A stretch of 62,600 bases of DNA, filler included, from Hausera hauseri (lineage: Eukaryota): NCBI GenBank assembly GCA_046269625.1. It is 11 parts of 11 records of this genome, joined end to end, with 100 filler letters (N's around TTAATTAATTAA, not from the genome) between each part and the next. Parts side by side here need not be neighbours in the genome. Positions count along the whole stretch, not along the records: positions 37,512 to 41,696 come from JBJURY010713881.1; positions 41,797 to 46,800 come from JBJURY010363706.1; positions 46,901 to 57,734 come from JBJURY010148866.1; 8 more parts are not named here. The stretch is one strand, 5' to 3'. Shown in pieces: positions 38,320-50,600 of the stretch. The notes beneath the pieces were generated by a model. It saw nothing but the letters and a program-made list of their open reading frames with translations, did not search any database and was not told the origin of the DNA. A program made the translations under genes and the position numbers. Every line of letters starts with the position of its first letter. Position 1 is the first letter of the stretch.

Positions 38320-41300
38320 TTACAATGCCACATGTCCGTGAAGCAGTGTGTGTATCCCATCTCCGAGGATCTGCCTCTTGTTGTCCATCCAATCTAGGCC
38401 TTTCTTCTATAAGGCTACAGTTTAAATGTTATGCTCCCTAGATTGGATCCGTCTAATCTCTGATATGATGTGAGTTTACTCATGCAGAACTGTCATATGA
38501 TCTTCAAAACTGATCTCCTTGGTCAATGTAGCCCTTTGAACCTTTTTTGCCCACTTCTTTACTTGGCCACATCCGTCTAGAGCATAAATTTTAGATTTGA
38601 GAGCTACAAATCTCGATATTATTGCCCCATTCACCTTGTCTTTGAGTTTCCCAAGGAACTTTTTATTGGCAATTAAATAGTTGGGATGATCCTTCAGATA
38701 GTCCAAGGTATTCATGTGTTGGGCCAATTCGGCAAAGTACTTATAAATATCCTCAGTATGGATCTGATAGATGAAACTATCAGTATCAATATACATAAGC
38801 TGCATGGACTTGAACTTGGGGCCCATGATGTCGTAGTGGAAATGATACATCAGGGTCTTTCACAGGTAGAGGATTGCCATACCCACATATATGGGCTTGT
38901 TAAATACCAAGGATGTTTTCAGCATATGGATGCTGACCAAGTTCTCAGTATATGTAATGCTGCTGTGGAAGTTAGGCTTGGCAATAAGCTTTTTTGCTCG
39001 CTTCCAGTCACATACCAGTTCGATGTTGATCCTGTTGCGGATATTCTCCATGGTCTGGCCAAAGACCGAGTTGTTGTAAAGCTTGAACTGGTTCTTCTCC
39101 AAATCGTTCTTGGCATTAGTCCGCAGCTTGGTATTGAGATATATGTTGGGCTGCAGCCACATGGACTGGCTGAACTGCAGTGCTCTATGGATATTAGTAA
39201 TACGAAGTCCATGTCTAACAGCCTGGTGGATATTGATGCAGTGAACTATATACCTCTCCCTATTATCCAGATCACAGAGCAGCTTTCTATGCTTTCCGTG
39301 GTGCGCAGGCCTGCTCTCAGAGAGGAAAGGCAGATGTTGATGCCTTGCGTGGATGGAAGCAGGATATTCCATATCCACCTTCAGTATGTATATCGTATCT
39401 CCAGCGGGATCCAGGTCTAATATAGGGATGTTTTCAGGGTTCTCGACACACTTGAAATTATCATACGGCAATGGGGTGCTTATTGCATATCCATATAAGT
39501 TGTTGGCATCCAGGTGTGATATATATATGAGGATTCCTTGGATGAGTCATACTGCGCCATATACTTGTTCTTGGCCTCCCTATACCGGTGAAAGGCGTGG
39601 CATATTCCGTCTCTAATGCTGCTCTCGATCATAAGGATCATATCATAATCCTTAATGATCTGCAGCCTAATACCAGTATATCTCGGTATTGCTGCCGAAC
39701 TCACCCCTGCAGCCGTAAAGAAATGAGCAGGATCCAAAGCATGACTCTTCATTGTAACATCCCTGTAACTCTCAAAGACATCTGTCAGAAGCAACACGTC
39801 CGTCTTGAGGTATATGTCGCTGTATTCCCCTAATGTTCGACATTGGAATGCATGTCAGACATTCTGGGCATGGTGGTAGTCAGCATCACTGATATCGCAA
39901 TCAGAGAGAATACTGTAAAAGTCCTTGTTGTCCAGCAATGAGGTCTCATCCAGTGTTTCCCATGAGGTTATGTTGTCATAAGGAAACACGCCTTTACTCT
40001 TGATGAGGTCAAATGCAGTGGGGAAGAACCTCTTCGTCTCTTTGAGTTCTTCTGCAGGGAGGTTCTTCACTAAACTATCCAGTGACGAGCTCATGAAGCT
40101 GAAACTGTCTATGAAGCGAAGTCTGATGCAGCCCACAAGCTTGGTGAAAGTGATATATTTTTCCTCACTGTTTGGGATCACATCTATATTACCATCAATG
40201 TTACCTAATTCTCGGACAATGAAATGGGAATCATAGCCACTAAGATTATGGAACACTACAGGCACATATGTACATGTTTTGCAGCGAATATTGCAGTTGT
40301 TGCATGCTGCACCCCGATATGCACCTGTAAAATGGCAATGATCCTTGACTTTATGATTAGCCTTGGTGAAGGACTTGTCGCACAAGTAACATGTTGTTGC
40401 CCTGCGCCATTCTTCAGCTTGTTTCCACGACATGCTCATATTATCCTTATGCTGCTGAAGCATGTTTCCAAGCTTGTGAGCCATATCATCAAGTTGTTTC
40501 ATGAAATGTGCTGCTGCGACTGGACCCCTGAATGGAAATGGTTCACTGTCCAGTCATCTGGCATACATGCAATACGATGAGAGTTTATGATATTGGTATG
40601 CTGTTGTGCTGCTATGTTGAGGACTGGGAATGTAGCTGTGAATTTGCCGGAGAATAGCTTCAAAGTTGAATTAGATAACTATTGGTACCCTTATTTTCTT
40701 CTCGAACTTCTTGAATTCAATATAGTCCTCCTTAGGAAATTCTGGCCTGATACAATAATTGTTATTGCAGTACATTTTGTGCTCTTCAAGCGCGTCCACA
40801 ACTGAATCACCACTAAAATAGAAAAAGCATCGTTTACACATTTCTATTCTTTCCTTATGTTTCGTAATTTGGGATCTGACTAGACGCTCAAAGTTTTTAA
40901 TCCAAACAAAATCTTTCTTTTCTCCATTGTCTAGTAGGAGCAGATCCCTATGACATTCCAATTCAGTATCATATATCTGCAGGGGATAAAATTTGTCCTC
41001 CTTATCTAATCCAATGATGTTGATGGATATGTTGTTGATTCGGCTGAACTTCTTAATTTCGTCTAAGGATGGAGGGAGATTAATACATTGGAAGTCATAA
41101 TTGTGCTGCAAATTATTATATAGCCAAACTCTATCTGCTGCATGTTTTTGATTCGGTAAGAGTTTACATAAAATGGCATACATAAAACACATGTTGTCAT
41201 TATTATGGACATTGACACATGCTTTTTTATTAGCGATCTATTTCGGAAGCTGAATATAAGAACTGTCCCTCATTGGAAAGTACTTGTGAACATAAACAAA

Positions 41301-41696
41301 CAATCTCTTGATGGTTTTTAGAGTCCATCCGCTTTTCTTATCCTGACTCTCACCGGCTTCACGGATCAGCTTTGCATGCTCTTCATGCAGTCATTCTACT
41401 ATATTAGTGGATTTAAAAATGGGTCTTTTGTTGGTCTTGAAGGCCCCTTTGGACCATTCACCATCAATATTGACGTATGTGGCATACAGTTTCATATTGA
41501 CTTTAAGGGCTTTGAGTTCAGTCATATTGTCCTGGACAATTCCCTTTGTTTCTTCCTTTGTGTACTCCAGGAACTCCTTGATGGTTGTTTGACCAGTTGC
41601 ATCAATGACATATTTGCAACATTTCCTCTTTAATGCTGCAGCATCAACTGGCCGCTGTCTTTGACTCTTTGATGGAGCCGGTACGCCTGATGCGCC
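38320..41696 (-). pseudogene. Maverick/Polinton pPolB, decayed; close relative of 26954-30766
   Basis: KVKDHCHFTGAYRGAACNNCN; HNLSGYDSH; KGVFPYD; KLYNNSVFGQTMEN; YIDTDS; terminal TLLHGH. Confidence 0.95.
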
Positions 41697-41796
41697 NNNN
41701 NNNNNNNNNNNNNNNNNNNNNNNNNNNNNNNNNNNNNNNNTTAATTAATTAANNNNNNNNNNNNNNNNNNNNNNNNNNNNNNNNNNNNNNNNNNNN
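41697..41796. other. Artificial contig linker
   Basis: 44 N + TTAATTAATTAA + 44 N. Confidence 0.97.
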
Positions 41797-42005
41797 TCTC
41801 TATTTATATCAAACGTTTGCTTTCATTGCAAACAATAGATATTTACTTTATGAGTATTGTCTCATCGCAATGATACCAATTACCTCCATAATACTGAAGT
41901 CATTCGTAGTAAATGTATACAATTTCCATTATAGTCCATGATTATTATTATAACCTATGTGTATTAATAGTTTTGAACAGAGAAATAACAGCGAAATACA
42001 ATTAT

Positions 42006-42487
42006 TTATTTGCATAAAATATAGTCAATACAAAGCCGTAGACAATTTTTGTAAGCACAATGCGGTCCACGATCACAATACGGACATCGGATATTGTCAG
42101 ATACCATTGCCAGCAAGCAGTTCAAATACATCCTCATTCGCAAGTCGGGAAATTGTAAATGGAGTTGTGTAAATTTTTGTCCCTCAATTTGATCTTTAAT
42201 TTAAAATATTGTATTTTCAATGTTAAAACGATCACAAATATCTCGCATGATACATGATACGCAAAACGTTGAACTGCCTTGGTTCCAATAAAGTCCATGA
42301 CAACATCGTATAAGATATCTTTTGGTAATTTCCGCCTTTCTGTCAACTGATTCCACATAATGCGAGGCTTGAATACGTACACAAGCGGTTCGGAAATGTT
42401 ACTGACGTCCCTAATACATAATTCCTTTATTATGTACCGGGCATTATCATCTTGGAATGCTTCAATATCTATAAATCCTGTCGTCAT
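42006..42487 (-). pseudogene. Maverick DEDD-like nuclease/Zn protein
   Basis: GFIDIEAFQ..YIIKELCI..YVFKP; frameshifted C-terminus CPYCDRGPHCAYKNC. Confidence 0.7.
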
Positions 42488-42568
42488 TACTTATCATGTA
42501 CAATATCACTTTTTTGTTTATTACACAAACAAAACTACTAACTATTATTATTATTATTATCACAGTCA

Positions 42569-43042
42569 TTAAACATAGGTGGTTTTGTCCATATCACCAA
42601 AGCCAAATTCTTTGCGTTCATTTCGTGTTGTGAATTCATTGACACAAAACAGTCCCCATTGTTCCGGTGACATTACACTGAATTCCGCTTCTTCACAGCG
42701 AAGAAAAATGATTTGTGCCATTGCACTGCCTTTCACAAAAGCAAACGGTTCTCCGGATTGGTTTTCTAGCAACACCTTAATTTCACCACGAAAGTCTGAA
42801 TCAATGACGTTGCCTACAACCGTCAGTCCGAGCTTTGCCAATCCGCTTTTCGATAAAAGTTGGCCGTAGTAACCGAATGGAATCGCCAATCGAATCCAAG
42901 TCGTTATGCATTTGATTGTGCTGTCCGAAATTGTCGTATTGACATTGGAAAACACATCGTAGCCTGCACTGTTTGCTGTAACACGTCTCGGTACAAAGGC
43001 ATTTTCGTCTGTTAAGATAATCTTTACATCATTTATTATCAT
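42569..43042 (-). CDS. dut: Trimeric dUTPase
   Basis: All five motifs: SAGYD, SKSGL, VIDSDFRGEI, AQII, R..GFG; uninterrupted ORF. Confidence 0.92.
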   Translation of the reverse strand: MIINDVKIILTDENAFVPRRVTANSAGYDVFSNVNTTISDSTIKCITTWIRLAIPFGYYGQLLSKSGLAKLGLTVVGNVIDSDFRGEIKVLLENQSGEPFAFVKGSAMAQIIFLRCEEAEFSVMSPEQWGLFCVNEFTTRNERKEFGFGDMDKTTYV

Positions 43043-43409
43043 TATTCTTATGCCAATTTTTAAAATTACACGTATATTTATAGTCGTTATTTGGGTTGAT
43101 GAAAGAAGAACAAGAACGGTAAAACAACAACAAAATTTATTGATAATTAAAATGTGCTTCAGCTACAAGCCAAATCGGGCTTCTGATACCGGCTTTTTCC
43201 TTGTATCTTTGCTATTCAATGTTAAGTCGACACTTTAAACCACCACCATCATCATCGGGTTTATGAGACATTTTGCGACCGATAAAATCAAACAAATTCG
43301 TTTTCTGCGCCGGTATATCGATAGATTGCTGTTGCACAGTCGTTTTGTTCAACTTTAAATCCATGTTTAATTGATTTAGAGCATCAGAAAGTTTATCCAT
43401 ATTTTCACC

Positions 43410-44318
43410 CTAAAGCCGTTTTACACGATAGCTGTACTTCGGTGCACATAAAGACACTGGATCATTCAATGAAATCAGTATGGGCGTTTGCAGAAAATGC
43501 ATTTCGTACCTGCGAAAAATTCGTTTCCATAAATATATCTGTGTTTGGCGCGACGACGACGGTTTTGATTTTCGCTTACGTATTCCAATCATTGCATTTC
43601 GCCTTTTTAACGTTGGTTTTGCAGCTGCTGCTTTCTGTGCAAGTTCCTGTTTCGTTTTAAGACAATTGACTTGCAGACAATCACACGGTTTTTCTAATTG
43701 TTGGACAGGTGGTTCCTGCAGTTTGTCATTGGAATTATCATTTTTGTAGCCAAACAACCACGACCAGTCTAAACTTTCATCACTCGCACAAGCATCATGA
43801 TCGTTGAGTAGAATCGTTTTATCATCGTCTTCTTCCATGGCAGTAATGTCTGATTGAGCATGGGAATGGTTTATGTAGTTTGTTGTGCAGAATGCATTAC
43901 TTTGGTTCATTAAAACTGTCTGAATACCGAGTACAACAATTTTTCCAGTGCTAAACACATTGACACAAATCGGGCGAAACGATGTTAGCCTCAGTGCAGG
44001 TAACAGTTCGGATTCATGTGTACATTCAGCAGCGGCCATTGCAAATTTATACAGATTGATTGTTTGGTGGTAGTCTAACTGAGTCATTACCGTTATTGAT
44101 TGGATTTGGTCAATGACAATCCCTAATTGTAGTAGTTTATCAGCTGTGATTGGTTTGCGAGAACCTATAATACGACATTTTTCCGATTGAAATACGATGA
44201 ATGTAAAATCCGGTTGACACTTAAGTACATACGGCCTCGGCTTCTATTGATTAAAAGGTAGTATGTTAATGTCACACCACTCGGCAACATGTCCGCGATA
44301 ATTGATATTAGCTATCAT
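43410..44318 (-). pseudogene. TATA-binding-protein-like gene with a charged C-terminal extension; one in-frame TAG at 44244-44246
   Basis: Two TBP repeats: IANIN...IVFQSEKCRIIGSRK and IQSITV..L...INL...HESELLPAL....P..VNVFSTGKIVVLG. Confidence 0.75.
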
Positions 44319-44344
44319 TATGGAAACAGTGTTTATACTGTAGC

Positions 44345-44352
44345 TATTTATA
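44345..44352 (-). promoter_or_regulatory. TATA box of the TBP-like gene
   Basis: Minus-strand TATAAATA about 27 nt upstream of the ATG at 44318. Confidence 0.45.
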
Positions 44353-44420
44353 TGCGCGTATGTAAAACGATTATGAACAAATCATGTGGTGAGGAAATGT
44401 TGTATTATTATTATTATTAA

Positions 44421-45053
44421 ATGAAGCTGCAGAATGATGCCATTTTCCAGATCGTAGGCCCCAGTGGAAGTGGCAAAACACACTTTGAGTGTAAACTATT
44501 GCAGAAAAACCGTGACATGTTCCATTCACCGCGGTATAATCATATATACTGGCATCAGGGTGTTGGTGATGATGGTGAGTCCGGTTTGACACAACGGGAA
44601 TTTTGTAAACTGAAATAGACAACGGTAATTGATGGGTTTGATGAAAACTGGTCAGAGAGATTACGCAACGGTGATGTTATTGTCATTGACGATTTATTTC
44701 AAGAGGCAACGAAACAATCGTACTTCAAAAACCTGTTCACGAAGATGGCACGGCACCGCGGTGTGACAGTTATTTTTATTACGCAAAACATGTTCCATCA
44801 GAGCGGACAACATCGAACAAGAAATCTAAACGTACACGACTTAGTGTTGTTCAAAAATCCCCGTGATCAGACTAGCATTGATCATGTTGCACGACAAGCA
44901 TTTCCTCACAATCGAGCCTACTTGATAGATGCATATCATGATGCTACGACCGACCCACATGGATACTTGTTCATCGACTTTACACAAGAGTGTCCCGACG
45001 ACATGCGTGTACGAACAGACATTTTCAATCCGAAAGGTGGTGTATGTGTCTAA
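44421..45053 (+). pseudogene. Maverick packaging ATPase (A32/FtsK-HerA), one premature stop
   Basis: Walker A GPSGSGKT, Walker B VIVIDD, ARHRG..FITQN, LFKNPRD, YLFID; the two track ORFs share one frame. Confidence 0.92.
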
Positions 45054-45075
45054 AGCAAATTCGATAAAAAACAAA

Positions 45076-45253
45076 ATGAAGAATTTCCGAAAAACAGTTG
45101 TTAAACGTAAACAATCTACTACCAAGCGGGTGTCCGGTGGCAAGAAACGTGTATCAAAACGAACCGCTACATTCAAGCGATTAATCAATTCTGTGCTTTG
45201 AACAACAAAAGCAGCAGCTAGACGCAAATTACCGTCACAGTGGCAACGGTTAT
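45076..45253 (+). pseudogene. Small Lys/Arg-rich putative core/DNA-condensing protein
   Basis: MKNFRKTVVKRKQSTTKRVSGGKKRVSKR directly after the ATPase. Confidence 0.4.
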
Positions 45254-45280
45254 AAACTACTACGTCTCATCAGCATCAAT

Positions 45281-45614
45281 ATGTCCAAAAAATGAGATTC
45301 AAATATAGTCAGATGTACTTTATGGCTTTGTTCAAGTACTTACGAGACATAAGCGAATCATGCTGCGATCATTCCCGCAATGTGTAGTAGTCGATTTGAT
45401 GGAAATTTTGGACAATATTGTTGTGAGTCACGTTGACATTGGTAGTGGAAAGCGGAATTTACTAAAGTATCGAAAACCACTCATTGGCCTTGACAACACT
45501 CGTAGTAAACCACAGAAACGCGAGATCATGCACCATTAAGACGGAGGATTGCTTGGTGCAATTCTACCACTTGTCACATCATTACTGGGTGGACTCATTC
45601 GTGGAACAGTTTAG
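45281..45614 (+). pseudogene. Conserved small Maverick virion protein (pX-like, GG followed by an amphipathic helix)
   Basis: LMEILDNIV...LLKYRKPL...KR...*DGGLLGAILPLVTSLLGGL. Confidence 0.65.
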
Positions 45615-45758
45615 TATAAACAATGCTGGTAAGTATATGATGATTCGGCGACATGCGTGGATGGTTTTCGTCTTTCTGTCCCAGTTTACCGAATCTTTCA
45701 TTTACGTTTCTTTCAAATTGTTGCAATGCAACCAAAGCCGACACCATCGACGGCAACG

Positions 45759-46512
45759 ATGGGCGATGTGTGGTTCGACTCGCGTCATCCCGTCATCTAT
45801 ACTAGCGTCAATAAACTGGCAGACTGTCAAACAGACTCGGCGACAAACCAAACGTTGGCTGGAGAAACAGTTAGCATACAGCCTAAACAAACCGATAAAA
45901 AGGCGGTTTCGAACTCGTGCATACCGTGCTACCGGTGTAATTAAGGTATGGCAAATGGATTTGATGGAAATGATTCCGTACGCCAGCATCAACGATGGGT
46001 ATCGGTAATTGCACATATGTATTTATGTGTTTAGTCGTTTTGCACGTACTGCCGGATATTATTCATACACACAATCATTAGACATATCGTGGCATCATGG
46101 ATTACGGACGGTTGATGTAATCGATGATTTGGACATATGGCTTTATCAAAATCTACGACAACCAACTAAATGTCGTCCCAAGTATAAAATCGGTGATTAT
46201 GTACGTTTTTCAAAAATAAGTGCGACGCCATTCATTAAGAATTTCAATCAAAACTGGAGCTACGAGATTTTCCGCATTTCGGCAATCAACACAAAACAAA
46301 CACCTGTCATGTACATTTTAGAAGATGAAAATGGTGAGGAAATATGCAGTAAATTCTACGAACAGGAACTGCAGGTACTGCCAGAGAAACCCGATGTATA
46401 TCGTATTCAGGCAATTCTAAGTTCATGTGGCAAAGGTTGGAATAAACAATATCTCGTCAGGTGGCAAGGATACACTGTACCGAGTTGGATTCTTGCATCA
46501 CAGATTCAATGA
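45759..46512 (+). pseudogene. Maverick retroviral-like integrase with C-terminal chromodomain; catalytic core partly deleted
   Basis: WL..Q.AYSL.KP..RRF; WQMDL; CIYVFSRFA; KYKIGDYVR..F.K..NWS.EIF; FYEQELQ; YLVRWQGY..SWI. Confidence 0.9.
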
Positions 46513-46800
46513 GTAGGAGCAGCCTTTAATCCAATGCGGAATCCGATATTATGGTAAAGTGGATTAAGTCAAAATCAGTTTTCCGCTCATATACTATACC
46601 ACACGAATTATTAATGGAAATGAAACTGGAATTGTGTGAGTACGTCAAGAAAACGGCTCACAATATTGTGCACAGTATTTGCGTGTATATGCTTGATGAA
46701 GTTTGGGAATCCATTAAATTTCTGTTTGGGTCAACGACACGTGACGTTACATTTTCGACGTCGTCGATAATAGACAAACTGCATAATCATCATCATCATC

Positions 46801-46900
46801 NNNNNNNNNNNNNNNNNNNNNNNNNNNNNNNNNNNNNNNNNNNNTTAATTAATTAANNNNNNNNNNNNNNNNNNNNNNNNNNNNNNNNNNNNNNNNNNNN
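46801..46900. other. Artificial contig linker
   Basis: 44 N + TTAATTAATTAA + 44 N. Confidence 0.97.
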
Positions 46901-47642
46901 GTGTAGAATACGCTTACAGGCATTGACTGGCGACGCATTTAACACGCTATGACGCGAGCCTTGGAGGAAAAACTGCGTTGGGAGGAAGATAAAGAATGGG
47001 GAGATAATAGCTATGTAAGAAGAATTGCGGAGTCACGCGTAGTGAAGGGTGAAGGCAGAAACAGCTTTCTTTCTGGAAAGACAAGAAGGACTTACAATGA
47101 ACGAGTTACAGGAACAGGAACCATTTTCTTTGGCTGTTGTGTAATGTTATAGAACAGGGAGCGGAGCAGACACGGGATTGTCCTGAATGCAGTGATGCTG
47201 ATTCTAGTAGTACATAGCACATTTAACACACTAACACTAAAATGTTTGTTAAACCGTCGAAATTAAAACAGTGCTATAAAAAAAAAGTTGTCGCATCTGC
47301 TTTAGTTATTTACAATAACATGACAATATTTGTCCTCTTCCAAACCGACGCCCATTCTGCTGGATTCAGATTACCTCCCCTGGAAGGCAAGCGACCCCAG
47401 AGCTCGTCCGCCAATTGGATACTTTTGTCAGACTAATGACGGATGTTTCCCGATACAATAAACTCTTTCCAACTACGTCCGCTCCTGGGCTTTTATAGTG
47501 GTGGAGTGAACATGTGACACGTGGTTCTGAAAAGGCCGCGTGTAGCTTCTTTAATGCAACATCAGCATCTTTTGTTACTCTTTATTGTTCACAAACAATT
47601 TTTTATATATCATACAATTTTGTTCAATGTGTGGTTTTCAGG

Positions 47643-50600
47643 TTATAGTACAGAGGTGAGGAATAAAGTTGATGTTTCGGTTAATGATGTATCGTCAACG
47701 TAAAAGGCGGGTTTTAAATTAGTAATATGCACTACAACTTCTTTTCCGTCTTTTAGGATAACGGCGTTGTACGAATGCAGCTGCACCAATTTATATGGTC
47801 CTAGGTACTGTGGCTGGAAACAGCACGGTGTCTGGTTTTTTAGCCATACAAACTTTGCCGAGTATAAATCTTTGGGTATGTAAGATTTGTCATTGTGTAA
47901 GAGCCTGCAAAACGAATATTTGCTGATTGTAACGAAATGATCCTGTACTGCTCGTATTCTATCGTCTGTAGGAGTCTCCTCGAGAGCTGTTAGTTCAAAC
48001 AATGACCGTACAGGGGTTCCGAATAAAGCTTCCGTTGGTGAACATCCTGTGGAAGTGGACGGAGTGTTCCGCCAGCCCAGCAGGACGAACGGTAGAAGTG
48101 TAGTCCAATTGGTGTTGGACTGTGCAAGGATTCTAAGTGATGTTTTCAAGGTTCGGTGGAAACATTCAAAAAGGCCATTTGATTGGGCATGATAAGTTGT
48201 TGTATGAATGTGACCTATTCCAAATCGGTTGACTAGGGATTTCAACAAATTTGATTTAATTTGAGGACCTTGATCCGAGATTATATATCGAGGGGATCAA
48301 ACCTACTAATCCACGTACAAATGAAAGTATCAGATATTGTGTCAGTGTTTGTACTACGCAGTGGGATGGCTTCCGGCCATTGTGACGAACGGTCCATCAT
48401 GGTCAAAATAAATTGGTGGCCGTTGTCTATTGAAAGAAAACAAACGATATCAATATGGACTGTTTCAAAACGTGAAGTACAGGGGAAGTGGTATAATGGT
48501 GGTTTTAAATGTTTTATGGTTTTATATTTCCGACAAGGGACGCACTTTTTAACCCATGCTTGCACATCAGATTGCATCGACGGCCAAACTACTTGATGTT
48601 GCAGTAAACGAAAGGTTGCTTTGGCACCAGAATGATGTAACGAATGTAAATTATTAAATGCTTGTTTGTGTAAAGATGGGGCAATGTCAACGATGTAGTG
48701 TGACTTGAATGATTTGAGAATATCTTGAGATGGCTGATTTTCTTGGAGTTTTGCCTCAGTAAAGATTGGCGAAAATTCGATTGAACCGACTGATCTAGAT
48801 AGGAAATCGGCAACTAGATTGTCAACACCGTCAATGTGTTTAATGTCAAAGTTAAATGTAGCAGATATGAAATTTGTCGTTCTTGTCGAGTTCAAGGGTG
48901 TTTCATTGCCATTATATTAATCAATGGTTTGTGATCAGTCTGCATAACAAAATGACTAGCTGTAAGTGAGAAAAATGTCTTAAAGCAAAACTATTGCCGG
49001 CAGTTACCAATCGAAAGTTGAATATCTGGCTTCTGGTGGCGTTAAATTTCGGGAAAAGAATTCTAGAGGCTGATTTTCGCCTTTATACAACTGGTGTGGT
49101 ACGGCGCCTACTGCGATGTTTGATGCATCTGTGGTTAAAATTAACTCGGCGTCAGGCTTAGGAAATGCTAGTATTTCAACAGTCTTTAGTCTTTCTCGTA
49201 GTCCAACGAACTTATTAACTAGTCATGGTGTCCACACGATTTTCTGGTGTTTTGTACCTCCGCTTAAATGTGCAAAAGGTGCCGTGAGTTCCGACCAATA
49301 TGGAATATATATGTGGAAAAAATGCAAGGTACCAAGAAAACTACGCATTTCTGTGGTTTTCTTAGGTAGTTGTACATTTTAAGAGTCTCAACTCGACCAG
49401 ACTGAGGTGAATGGCCGTTTGATGAGATAATATGTCCCAGAATAGTAGCGCGTTTTTGGAAGAAGTTACATTTTGCTAAATTGATCTGTAGGTTGAACTG
49501 GTTAAGTAATTTGAAAATAGACCGTAGGTGTTCCTCGTGTTGTTTAACAGAAGAAAAAGCAACCAAGATATCGTCAGTATATGGATGCACGGAAGTAAAG
49601 TCTGAAAGAATTGAATCAACGTGTCGCTGAAAAATTTGCGCAGCATTCCGTAGACCGAAAGGCATATAAAAGTACTCATAAAGACCAAAAGGTGTGGTTA
49701 CAGCAGGTTTCTAGATGTCTTCCGGTGCGACAGGAATATGGTGGTACTTTTTGGCTAAATCGATTGTTGAATAAACTGTGGTAGAATTAAGCCAATGTAA
49801 TATATCTTTGATTAAGGGTAGTGGATACGAATCCATCATGGTCAAAGTATTAACTGACGATAATCGCCGCATGGTCGGAAAAATCCATCTTTCTTTTGGA
49901 CAACGTGGATAGGCGAGGACCATGGGGATTTAGATCTACGAACAATACATGATTTTTCGAGTTCGAAAAATTCCGCCTCTACTGCCTGTCTGCGACGAGG
50001 TCAGAATGGACGAACCTTTTGTCGAATTGCTTTTTGGTGTCGTGTAATTATATTATATAAATGCCATTTACAGGAATGAAATTCCGATCTTTTTGAAGTA
50101 TACGAGGAAAAGAAGTATTAATGAATTGTTTTAAATTTACGGGTAGTTGCTGGAATATTGTGAGTGACGATGAACCATGGCTGCTGGAAGTACTTAATGT
50201 ATGCTGATTGATTGTTGGAGAGGAATTGAGCGGAGTTTGAAGTAGAATGGTGGCGTCCGGGACCTTACTTGAGTCAGTGTATTTTTTCAATGATTTTACT
50301 AAAGATACCACATCGTGAATGTCGGCATTGAGATGTGGCTGACTATCGACGTTGTCCTTTGGAAGCTTACGACGTAAAACGTGACAATTAGGATAATTAG
50401 TATGAGATATAGATCGATTTAAAATTGATTGCCTAGTTACAGTTGGCGGTGTTGTCGTAGGAGTGCTGTCTATCCTGTGTTACAGTCTTCAGGTGTATTT
50501 CATTTCAGGCATCGTTGGTTACAATCGACTAGCAAGTTATAGTGTGGCAGGAAATAGTAGCCAAATATTGCCGTATGGACGTTAGAGACTGTGAACGTCC

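Noticed and set aside
38686-39420. 244-aa plus-strand ORF and similar antisense ORFs over PolB and pol genes
   Set aside because: Shadow ORFs opposite well-supported genes, with no motifs.
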